From: the human T2T-CHM13v2.0 reference genome, Homo sapiens | NCBI RefSeq assembly: GCF_009914755.1 | Contig: NC_060942.1 | DNA length: 64,000 bases | Strand: one strand, 5' to 3' | Shown: positions 13,829-25,680 of the stretch, one piece after another | Position numbering within the stretch: position 1 is the first letter of the stretch | Layout: the number at the start of each line of letters is the position of its first letter | Translations under genes and position numbers: made by a program | Notes under the pieces: generated by a model | The model's input: only the letters and a program-made list of their open reading frames with translations | The model's database searches: none | What the model was told of the DNA's origin: nothing

Positions 13829-16319
13829 CTAAATGAAGCGGCTCCTTTGGCATCATTCACACAATCAGAGCTCCAGGCCTTGCCTGGCTTGCCTGCAGAG
13901 GATGCTGGGAAGGAGCAAGGTCAGTTTGCACACTTACATCCCTGGAACACCAGCCCTGAAGGACAGAAGCATGGCTGCAGGAGGCCGACTGATTTTGGGA
14001 GGTACCAAGAGAGTAAGTGGGTGCCTCAGGAGTCTCTGCCAGGACTCCAGGGCAGGCACAAGTCCCCAGAGCTGCCCCTGGTCTTGGGGAAAGCAGCCAC
14101 TTCTCACACCTACTCCTGCGCTCCCTGCAGAGCCATGCCCATGAGCACTGTTCTTCCCAGGCTTCTACTCCAGCTGAAAGAAAGCTGTCCCTCGAAGACA
14201 GAGATCCAGGCCATCAGCAGGCCATAACCCAGGAATTGTGGGTAGGGGAGGAAGAGGAGGTGGAATACCCATCTGGTGGCAAAACCATTGTATAAGCAAC
14301 TGTCAGACATCATGTGACTGCAACTCACAGTTAGCTTGTGTCCCTCCACTGTCATCAGAGCCCAGGGATGGGATGCTGTCCCAGCTGCTCTTGTGTGTCT
14401 CAAAACTTCTACAAATCTTTTCAAGTTGGCTTAATACTCTTTTTTTTTTTTTTAAAAAAATGCACTTACTGTACCAAAATATTAAAGGCAAATTTAAGCG
14501 ATGTACACATTAGAACTACTCCCAGCCCCCACACTTTACTGACCCTGTATCCACTTCTTAGCTCCCTCTGAGCCTGGATGAGATGCCTCCCATTGGTACA
14601 TACCTGCAGTAACAGTGGCTCTATGAGGGTGTCTCCCTAGGGCAAATGGGATTCTGGATTTAGCAGCATGTGAAACTGATGGGCAGCAATTCACATGAAG
14701 GCTTTTGGATTGAATGAGAGGCTGGGTACAGGTAGGAGATGGCAAGACTGATGGTGTGAGCCATCACCTGGCCTGAGAGGCAGGTTTCCATCTGTAAAAT
14801 AAGGGCTTAGGAGAGAGGCTGAGCACTGCGGGGGACCTGGGCCCTGATGACAATGTGGGTACAGGGAGAGGGAAAAGGCTGTGCTGGGCACAGAGTGGCT
14901 CTGGTGTCCTGAGGGCTCAGGATGGCTTTAGGGGAGACAGTGTTCTCACCAAGCAGCAGCAGAGACCCATGGATGTGGAGGATACAGCATTAAGGCCTGA
15001 GCTGACCTGTGCCTGGGGCCCAGTGACATGCTGCAGTCCCTGGTGACTTACAGCATAACAGAAGGTTTCCTGCAGGTCTGGGGAGGAGGTGCCAGGCTCC
15101 TGCAGCCGAGCCAGCTGAGCTTGGAGCCATCTAGATCGGGCTGTTCATGTTGCTGTGACCAAAACTCTCAGAGGCTATGGAAACTGAGATCTTCTTGGAC
15201 CAACAGCAATGCCAGCACAGCCCAGTGTAGGCACAGAGGTGTGGGCAGCACAGTTCTTCAGGGCCTCAGAACCCAGTCCATGTTGCTGTACAGTGTCTGG
15301 ATCTGTTATTTTAATGGCGTATAATATTCAACTGAATGGATGGTCGACAATTGATATTACCATTTTCCTACCTTTGGCTGATTGTTGGTCATTTTTTTCT
15401 CTTTTGTTATGAAAATGTAGTTGTTTCATCTTTATTTTATAGGCACACAGGTGCTGCAGTAGGGTATGAGGGAGGTGGAGGGCAGAGACTATCATGCTGT
15501 CCTGCCCACGTGCAAGCTCCCTGTATAAGAGGCCTCCAAGCAAGAGGCACCATTAAATTCATGGTGCCAGATGGTTGCAGCCAATTCTTCTGAGAAGGCC
15601 CAGAGCAGCTGAGGCTGGTGAGGGCTGGGATCACAGTAATCCCTGTGATTACTGACTTAATATGTTACAACAGGCTCTGGTGAAGTATCCGAAATGGGCA
15701 GCAAAATGCAAGGGTTGGAGTTCAGGTGGTGGGGAGTGGCCTTCCCAGTGAATGAACTAGCTACTTTGGGCTTCCGGGATTCTTGTCCTGCTGTACATTC
15801 AGTCCAACCCAGGAGGAAGAAGAACTGCTCACACCTGAGCCTCCACTCTATTAGCACCATTGTAGCTGCTCAGCAAACGAATGAATGAGCAGATGAGTGA
15901 ATGAACAGACCAGATGGGAGCTGCTTATGTACTGCATGCACTCTAACCGCCCCCCACTCCCAACACACACAAGAAAGTTGAAATATTCCCTCTTGGACTC
16001 TGACTCCTTGCAGGAGGGGATGCGGATCTATGGGGCTGGTCGAACTTGTCCTTGGGGCTCTGTCTGGAGGGGCCTGACACCCTGGGCTGTAGCATCTCTC
16101 TCCTGGCAGCTGTGGGTACCTGGGTGAGCTGCCCCCAGACACAGAGAGCAAGCAAGCCTGATGCCTATGGCTGTACCTCCATGTGGATCACTGATTGCTT
16201 TGTGATCACCCATCAAGTGATCACATGATAGGGGTTGAAAGGGGGACAGAGAAAGCAATATAGGATATACTTCCTCCCTCTAGGAAGTTTACAAACGAAT
16301 GAGAAAAATGAGTCACATC

Positions 16320-16710
16320 CAGGCTGCAGAGGGCACAGAGATGAGCCACCCAGATGGGGACCCCAGCTGCTGGGAGCAAGGTCAGCATTCAGCCCTCAGC
16401 TCAGGACAGCCCCTTCAGGGTTGCAGAGAGCCACCTGGCCCAAAGTCACGCCTTCCAAGAACCGCACATTCAGCGACTATGCAGGGCGTCAGAGGCCTGG
16501 GCGTTTTGGCCCAAGCTGGGACAAACTTGAAGAGGCCCTTTCAGCCCCAGAGGTCCCTGTGGGGTTGGCATAAGTGGTAGGGCTGGCATTGCTGCAGCAA
16601 CTCCCTCCCTCCCCCTGCCTCTTGCAGGAGTTGATCCCCTGAACACTCCTAACAAACATCCTGCATGTTAAACTGCTTCCTGGTCGGCTGCCCAGAGAAC
16701 CCAGCCTTTC
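16320..16710 (+). mobile_element. LTR16-like (ERVL) solo LTR
   Basis: CTGGCCCAAAGTCACGCCTTCC and the 3' part GTTGATCCCCTGAACACTCCTAACAAACATCCTGCATG...CCCAGAGAACCCAGCCT resemble LTR16. Confidence 0.7.
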
Positions 16711-19700
16711 AAACAGGGAAAACAATACTGAAAAGTCAGTCATATGGCAACATTCAGGGTTAATTTTGTAGTTCAGGCTCTGAGCAGTATAAGAATGGTG
16801 AATATAGAAGTAAGTGCTGCAGGATGCATCCTTATAAAAGAGCTCTCCTTAGAAATGATCGTGTATATTTTTATTAATGAGATTGTAAACATAAACATGT
16901 ATATTACGATTTTTTTTTGTTAATGTGAAGGGTTGTTTCTCTCATATTTTATGTTCGATGTTCAGCTCTGGGGTCCCTGATGGACAAGAGGTGATGTAGC
17001 CTGGGGACAGTGAGATGGTTTCTTTCCTGCAGGGCTCAGCCAGCCAGGAAATATGCCAATTAAGGCAAAGCTCTCTGTGAGGAATCATTTGAGTTGTCAA
17101 GTTAACCCCATGACCTGGGGATCATAGGCTGGGTACTATCTCCCCAACTCTCCAGGCAGGCTGGGCCCCTTTAATTGGCATCAGTTACTTTGGGGCATGG
17201 TGACCTCTACCTAGAAATGTCGGATTCTCTGGAGATGATGAAAAAGCCGAACAAAGCCCGCAGTCTGTCTGCCTGACTGCAACCCTCAGGCAAGCCTGGG
17301 ATGGCAGGCGGTGGGAATGGGTCCCTCATGTGAATGTATTAGGAGACACTGAGTAGCAGGTACCTTTCCTGGAAGTCAACAGCACATGCTGGAATAGAAT
17401 CTGCACCACAGTCCTTAGAGCCAAGCAAAATGCAACCAACCACCTTTGAGAACCATGGTGTTTTGTTACTAATTATCTTTTGCACATGCTTTTACTACTC
17501 AGTTATTGTTTATCGTATATTAAGTTCATTATTACTACAGAGGAGCCAGCTGGAAGGGGGTGGGGTGAATCTGCATTGCCCCCTGCTGTTCTGTGAGGAT
17601 TACTAGGGTCTCTGGGCACCTGCAGGGGTTTGGAGATGGTGGGCTGAACAGTTCCAGCACCATGGGATTAAGGCTGAGCACTCACCCTCAGGTAGCTGAG
17701 ACCCAGGAATCCTGATAGGATGCTGGCTGGCATTTTTGGTTTGGTGTCTGTGAAGTGCTATCTGAGCCAGCCCAGGGGGCTCCAGTTCCTCAAGGAGCAG
17801 GGGTGGGTGAGAAAGCAGGAAAGCAAGGACAGCTTTTGGGAATGGACAGGCAGAATTTTAACACTGGTTGGGAGAAAGCCCCTTGCAGTTTTCCCCTCTC
17901 TCCACCTCTCTGCTCTGAGGACAGCAGCGGTGGCCAGTTGGGACAGCCAGGATGGAGTCTAGGGCCAGGTCAAGGCAGGAGCAGCAACTGCTGAGCCACA
18001 CCCTCAGCTTTCATCAGCCGTGGCAGGAGAAACGCCACGGTCACAGGCAGAATGCAGGGGCCACTGGGAAGCAGGGGAGGGGCAGAGGTTTGCTGCATGG
18101 GAGCTCTGAGTCAAAAACTACTTTCAAAATTACAGCTACTGTGTGCTAGATATATCGCATAATTTATCTTTTTGATCTTCTCATCAGCTCAGAGGACAGC
18201 TATGATTATCCCACTGAACAGATAAACAACCTGGGACTCAGAAGTTCCAAGTAGTCCACAGTGACTCAATTAGAAAGTGGGTGAACTGAGGTGGGAACCC
18301 AGATCTAAGTGGATTCTTATCCAGTAAGGGCTTCCTGCTGTGGAAGCCGTGTAAGGGATCTCACTCCTGAATGGAATTCTGGACTAGATAGTGTCCGTAG
18401 GAAGAAGGTGGCCCCAGCCCTGAAAGGTGCATCTCCCTCTGGCTGCTTACAGACATCTGTTTTTGCACGCTTGAGCTACTGGTGGCTGGCTGCCTTGCTA
18501 GGGAACCCCCTTAATGGGGTGCATGGACAGCCCTCTGTGCCATGGTGTAAATGGCAACTTGTTTCAGGATTCGGCTAACCCTGTTCCCCAGACCACAGCA
18601 GACAGGGGAAGGATAACAGAGGTGCTGGCCATAACAATATGATGGCTGGAGACGCAGTGAAGCACTGTGGAGTTGGTCTTGGGGTCAGGCAGATCCTTAT
18701 TCTGGGTCCACCATCCACCAGGGAAGAACTTTTAGACCAGGAGGGCTTCTGATGTCCTAACATTGTCTGCCTTGCCCCTCATTAGGTGGCTCCAGTAGAC
18801 AAGGTGATCCAGGGCAGGAACCCTGCCTGGGCAGCCCCAGGAGACACTGTACAGCAGATAAAGTCTGGTGTGGTGTGGCTGCACTGAGGTCGCTAGCCAC
18901 GCATTCTAAGAATGCAAGATATCATCGTGCAACTCTCTTTACCTAGTGTGCTTTGGGCAAGTGATCCTGGAAGGGCCCTGCCAAGAGGAGGGGAGCTGGC
19001 ATGCTGGCGGCAGGGTCAGTAGAGAAGCACTGCGCACCGTGCAGTCAGGCTCCCAGGGAGTACTGCACATTTGGCCAGGACTATGCTTCAGGGATACATC
19101 ATTTTTTATATCATTTGATTTCTTCAAAGGATATCATTTCAAAAATTTACATACAGGTATTTTCTATTTTCCTTTATTACCTCTCAGGCTGACTTTCCCC
19201 ATTATTATTACCTGTTCTCAGTCTCTGGTAATAATTACTTTAAAAAATCCATTATGAGATAATTCTTCACTATCATTGGTAAGTGATTTAGTCTAAGAGC
19301 AGACCAGGATTTTGTCATAGACAGGTCTAAGAAGGGTCTTATTAATCACATCAGAACACCTGTGTCTTTAATATACCCTCTGATACCCTGGGGCTTGAAG
19401 ACAGCCCTGGGCACCACTCTCCTCTGTCCTTATGAGAGCGGCGCTCTGAGGACAGCCCTAGACAGTGTGACCCCCAGTGGCTCTTGAATCCAATCACCTG
19501 GAACTGATTGTGGACTCCAGCCTGTCCTGACTTCCACAGTGTGTTGCTTAGCTGGTCTCAAAAATTTCAGCCCATTCTAGCTCCCCGGGGGAGATGCCCT
19601 CATTGGCTTCTTGTTACATGGGGACACCTGCTTGCAGTGGGGCCATTGTGATGAACCAGGCTTGTTATTTGAATGGCATGTGACACTTCCATTGCTTTGG

Positions 19701-20089
19701 GTTTCATCAATCCCTCTGAGGAGAGGTGTGTGCTGGGAGAAAGGGGGGAGGACCAGAGCTCTATGCTGAGTTTGTGGAGTTCTTCAACCTGGTAGGGGCA
19801 ATCCTCTTGGAGTCCCTTGTAAGGCTGAGCATTTGTGTGGAGGATCTAAAGTCTTGCTGGCCTCAGGAAACAGAGAAAATGACTTCTATGACTTCTACCT
19901 TTCCGCCTGGGCCCAGGTCAGAGTGACCATCTGCAGCCTTAGGGCAGGGAAGAAGGGGGAGCAAAAGAAATAGAGATGGGAGAGGGAGGAGGAAAGGGGG
20001 AGGGAAAAGAGAACCTTCAAGGTTCAAGGGCAAGAGCAATGAAGGAAGATGCGCGTGGCTCAGTGAAGGTTCTGTGTAAATGGTGAAGG

Positions 20090-20300
20090 CCACCACTTAT
20101 GGAGTGTGCACAACAGGCCAGGCACTGATGGCTTTCCTCATTCAGTCTTCACATCAACCCCAGGAGGCTCCATCCCCATTTTGCAAATGGGGAAACTGTA
20201 GCACAGAGAGGTTAAGTAACTAGTCCAAGGCCACGGAGCCTGCAGATGACAGAGGTAAGACTTGAACCAGGCCCTGATTCCAGAGCCTATGTGCTAAGAG
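20090..20300 (-). mobile_element. MIR SINE
   Basis: CCCCATTTTGCAAATGGGGAAACTGTAGCACAGAGAGGTTAAGTAACTAGTCCAAGGCCAC. Confidence 0.85.
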
Positions 20301-21472
20301 GCTGTGCCATACTGCTTCATCATCAGTCCCAGCTCAGAGCACCTCCCTGAAGGCTCCCCTGAGCCCTTGGTCGAGACCTCCTCCCCCTGCTCTGACACTG
20401 AACAGCACTGTCTCTCTTGTACCACTCAGCTGAATGTCATGCCTGATTCTACAGAATCTTGCTTCATTTTTAGTTCTGGTCTTACCTGGCTAAATGGATG
20501 ACAACTCTTTAGAAGGAAGGGGCCAAAGACCTGCATGGGTGTCCTACAGGGGTCAGCATGGGGTCCGCACACAGTAGGTGCTGCTTTGTCTTTGCTGATG
20601 AGGCATCGCCTTCGATGGCCCCCACTGGTTGTGAGGAAGGCCTTGTGGGCCAGCATTTCTCCTCCCAGGGCCCCACTGTTCTCCCCTCGGTTCTCCCCAC
20701 GTGAGGCTCACTCGACCTTTCATCCCAGCGTGGGCTTTGGGGTTGGCCGACGCTCAGCTCCTCTCCTCTGCCTGGGGCTGCAGAGAGTTCACCACTGTGT
20801 TATTGGAAAAGCTTCCAAGAGTTGGAGCCAGGTTCACTCAGAGGGTGCGCCACAGGAGTGGGAGAGGAGGGATGGGAGGGAACATGGAGAGAAGCTGTCC
20901 CCTCGGCAGGGAGCAGTGGCGGGAGAAGGGAGGGAGAAAGAGGCAGCAGATTTGAGAACTCCACAGCTGCGTGTCCACAAGGGCCGGCCAGAGGCTGCCC
21001 AGCCCAGCCAAGGGGCCTCCTCCCCAAGGCCTGAGTCATCTGGAGGACCCCGTAAGCTCCATCTTTATGTTCGCTCCATTTGTTCTCCAACCTTCCCTGG
21101 GTCATACCTACTGTTACCATGAAGAGCTCCACAGGCCTACAGGAAATCACTCCTGCCTGCCTGAACATCAGCCTCTGGGCTGTCCAGTTCAGCTTGACCT
21201 TTGGGAAGCTCCTGGTTCTCCCTGCAATGCCCCGAACCGACTGCTCCCCGCAAGGTGCCCTCACTCTGGCCCTTCATCCTCCTCTCCATTTAGCCGCCTG
21301 CCAGGCTGTTCTCATGCACCGGCCACACAAGTGGCTAGAAATGTGGCACGATTAAAGTGGTCTAGGAAGTCCCCTTCCCCGAATAAACAACTGGCCCCAT
21401 GCACTGCCCAGAGTGCCTGACTTTGCTTTTTCCTTATGCCTGAGTCCCATCATTAGAAATGTCTGCTGGCCG

Positions 21473-21930
21473 GTTCACAATTGTAAAGATATGGAACCAA
21501 CCTAAGTGCCCATCGACCAATGAGTGGATAAAGAAAATGTGGCATACATACACCATGGAGTACTACTCAGCCACAAAAAGGAACAAAATAATGTCTTTTG
21601 TAGCAACTTGGATGGGGCTGGAAGCCGTTATTCTAAGTGAAGTAACTCAGGAATGGAAAACCAAATTCTGTATGTTCTCACTTGTAACTGGGAGCTAAGC
21701 GATGGGTACGCAAAGGCATACAGAGTGGTATAATGGACACTGGAGACTCAGAAGGGGGAGAGTAGAAAGGGGGTGAGGGACAAAAAAAACTACATATTGT
21801 GTACGATGTATACTACTTGGGTGAGGAGTGCACTAAAGTCTCAGATTTCACCACTATATAATTCAGCCGTGTAACCAAAAACCACTTGTACCCTAAAAGC
21901 TATTGAAATAAATTTTTTTTTTTAAAGAAA
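21473..21930 (+). mobile_element. 5'-truncated L1PB-type 3' end (ORF2p C-terminus plus 3' UTR)
   Basis: ORF 21459-21698 gives FTIVKIWNQPKCPSTNEWIKKMWHTYTMEYYSA...MFSLVTGS*, the L1 ORF2p C-terminus; the UTR (GCAAAGGCATACAGAGTGGTATAATGGAC) is L1PB-like and ends at AATAAA. Confidence 0.9.
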
Positions 21931-23923
21931 GAAGTGTGCGCAGGTAAGCCCTCTCTTTCAAATACAGACACCCTGAGAAGGGGACCATGTGGTAGTGAGT
22001 GTCTCTTCCACACCTTAATGTGAATTCGTGCAAAGAACTGGATTTTCCTAATAACTAGGTTTGATCATCAGAACGAGGGGATGAGGTGAGGGGTTTGAAA
22101 GGGTGCTGAGAGCTTAGATGGGATGATTTCGGAACACAGATTCCTGGATGGGCGGGTCTCAGCGGGTGGGGAGAGGAATTTGAGCAGTGTAGGAAAAGCA
22201 TGAAGATACCAGGGGAAAAAACGTGTGCTGCAAACGCCCGTTTCACTGCCCTCCAAAAAAACTGCCAAAGGAGAGTGGTGAAAAACCAAAGGTCAAAGAC
22301 ACACTCAGGGTGGCTTCATAACTTCCCAATGTCCCCATCTCCTGGTTAGAACCAATGTTTATGTATTAACTGAGGACACACACACACCCAGAGAAAGTCC
22401 AAAAAAAAAAAAAAAAAACCACATAGCAATGCCCAGAAAACTACCCCAAACATGTTCCTTTCAAAGCTGCCAACTGAGGAGCCCTCCCTGATCAGTCGGA
22501 GGCAGATCAGACCTGTTTCCTTTAATTGCAACTTCCACCCTTCTAGAATTTCTACTCCTCTGCAGGTCCAGGCCACAGAGACATTAATCCCTATTCAAGT
22601 GAAACTTCAAGGTTTTTCCTTCTATTAAAAAAATGAAAAACAAAAAACTCTCAAAACACCCCAAAGCAGTGTCTCTAATGTCACTGGTGTGTGCATTTGC
22701 CCGGAAGGGAGGGAGAGGCTCCGGGCACGGCACTGCATGGAGGCCTGGCCTCAAGTTTCCTCACCTGGCCTCTCTCTCGTTGAAAGGCAGAAATGCAACC
22801 CTTGGTCCCTCCTCCACCCCACCTCCCCACCCCCTGACAGCTTTAATAAACTGTGATTATTTCAGTCCCTACAGCACAGCTGTCCTGTGAATTGTCCAGT
22901 CAGGGTTATGGGGTGGAAGCCAAGGTCTGGAGTGTGGAGCTCAGATCTCCGAATAAACCGGCCCTCCCTTTCCCTCCTCTGCCTCCCTGCTCCCTAGCAG
23001 GTGGGAGTCAGGAGGAGGGCGGTCTCTGGCTGAGACCAGGGATGACAGAAGCATTTTCTGAGCAGCCTGCTGATGGCAGAGCCCCAGTAGGGGAGGGTAA
23101 GGGAGCAGAGCTTGCAGACAGGGTTAGGGGTGGAGTCGCCTTACCTACGTGCTGTGAATGCAGGCCTCTCCAAAATCCTCCTTCATCCCAATCAAGGAGC
23201 CCTGAAATTGCACCTCTAGAGATTAACCTCAGGCTGCTTCTCTGCTTAAAATGTGCTGGTGCATTATTTGAGGACAGAAATGGAGCTTTAGTCACTTTGT
23301 CATTTACAGGAGGTATTTGGGAAAAGTTGGTTGAATGAGTGACATTCTGGGCCGCTATTAGAAATAATAATAGAAGAAGAGGAGCAAAGCTCTGGGGGCT
23401 TTAAGGGAAGTGGGCAGGGATGACCCTGAGTGGGGAGGGAGAAGAAAGTGATGCTAGGTCAATCCTACCATATCACAGTTGTGCACACAGCTAGCCAGGG
23501 CAACAACACGGGTGATCTGGTCCTTGCCCTTGAAGAGCGTGACTGTCTTACCAAGTAACGGCCATTTGTATGACTCTGCTAATCCTCCTCCGAGAAGTTG
23601 GGAAAATTGTCCTCAACACTCAGAATGGTCAAAGCTGAACTTCAGAAACCATCTACTTAAAGGCTCTCTGAATCATTTTCAGCAGCAGAAGCCCCCTTTT
23701 ATAAATAAAATTTTGTGCAGAACCAGATCCACACAGATCTGTTTTGCTTGAGCCAGCTGTGTGAATCTCTGTGGAGAACACCAGCGTAATCCATCCAACT
23801 CCCCATTTCAAGTCAGGAAATTGAGGCAAAGAGAGGTTAAAAAGTGTTCTCAGACTTCACCACAATCACCTCCAAGCACCCGGTGGCCTCCCTTGAGATT
23901 CAACTTCAGTACTTCTTGGGTAG

Positions 23924-24252
<329 letters not shown>

Positions 24253-24899
24253 TGAAATCTTTTAAAGGACTTTATAGGTGATTGCAACATGTAATCAGGT
24301 TTAGGAACTGCTGGACTAAGCACTATTTGATGGTGAAGAGTCCATTCATAGCAGAGCATAGTCCAGGCTGCTCTTGGGTCATACAAGCCAAATTCCATTA
24401 CGATAACTTCCAAGAAGCACTGGAATTCACTTCTGGTCCTCAGGTTTGGCTACACTGAACATGATGCCACAGAATGGCTAATGACCAGGACTTAGGATGT
24501 TCTAATGAAAGGATAGTTGTTTTTTTTTTTGTGTGTAATGTTTGGTAGTCTTCAAACTAGGTGAGTTCCCCCATGCCAGTTGGCTCAAATTTGTCTTTGT
24601 TAAGAGTGTTAGTTATCCTATTCAGTCCCATAGGCATAAAACTGGGATAAAATGATTTCATTGTGGAGCTGAAATATCAGCATGAAATAGAGTACTCAGC
24701 CATACAAAGTGACTGTCTTATAGGAACATAGAGGGAAAGCTCAGTATAGAGCTCTGGGACATGCAAAGGAAACACCAGGGTGTGCAGGATGCTCAAGAGG
24801 TCTGAATGGCTCTCACTATACCTATAGAAAGCAAGCATGGCTGAGCTGATCCCAGAATATTTCCTGGCTACTGCTCCCTTGAGCATATAAACCCTTAAA

Positions 24900-25680
24900 G
24901 ATAGGACGGCTACAATAAAAAGGCCATATTATCAACAAGTGTTGGTGGGGATATGGAGAAACTGGAACCATCACATACCTGCTGGTGGGAATGTCTAATG
25001 GTACAGCCACTGTAAAAAAACATTCTGGTAGTTTCCCAAAGGGTAACTATCAAGTTACCATATGACCCAGCAATTCCACTCCTAGGTATATACCCCAAAG
25101 AAATGAAAACCTAGGTCCACACAAAAACTTGCAAATGATTGTTCAAAACAGCATTATTTACAGAAGCCAAATATGGAAACAACCTATATACCCATCACGG
25201 GTAAATGGATTTACCCATTATGGGTAAATATAATTATGAATGGGTAAATAAAATATGGTGTATCTATACAAGGAATATTGTTCAGCAATAAAGAGAAATG
25301 AAGTACTGATGCATGCTACAAAGCTAACGACTCAAAAGTGTTAGGTTAGTTGAAAGACACTAGTCACAAAAGACCACATATTATCTGATTCTATTTATAC
25401 GAAAGGTCCAGAATAGGCAGATCTATAGAGACAAAAGGTAGATTATTGGTAACCTAGGACGGCTTGGGGTGAAATGGGCAGTGACTGCTAATGGGTACAG
25501 TATTTCCTTTGGAGTAATCAAGATACTATAAAACTGATTATGATAATGGTTACACAGCCCTGCAAATATGCTAAAAACCATTGAATTTACACTTTAAATG
25601 GGTGGATTATATGCTATGTGAATTATATCTCAATAAATTTTATTGACTGTTTTATTAAGAAAAACAGAAACAAAACAAAC
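24900..25680 (+). mobile_element. L1MB/MC-like 3' fragment
   Basis: GTTACCATATGACCCAGCAATTCCACTCCTAGGTATATACCCCAAAGAAATGAAAAC...GAATTATATCTCAATAAA. Confidence 0.9.

Noticed and set aside
15052-15174. Possible minus-strand exon (TTTCCATAG| ... GCT|GTAAGT)
   Set aside because: Stops in all frames and no independent support; such site pairs are expected by chance in 64 kb.
16201-16225. 9-bp inverted repeat TGTGATCAC-N7-GTGATCACA
   Set aside because: Short, isolated and compatible with chance.
17652-17672. REST/RE1-like TCCAGCACCATGG
   Set aside because: Only the left half matches; the GACAGCGCC half is absent.
20535-21420. Cluster of 149-195-aa ORFs
   Set aside because: GC-rich overlapping frames on both strands with no recognisable domain.
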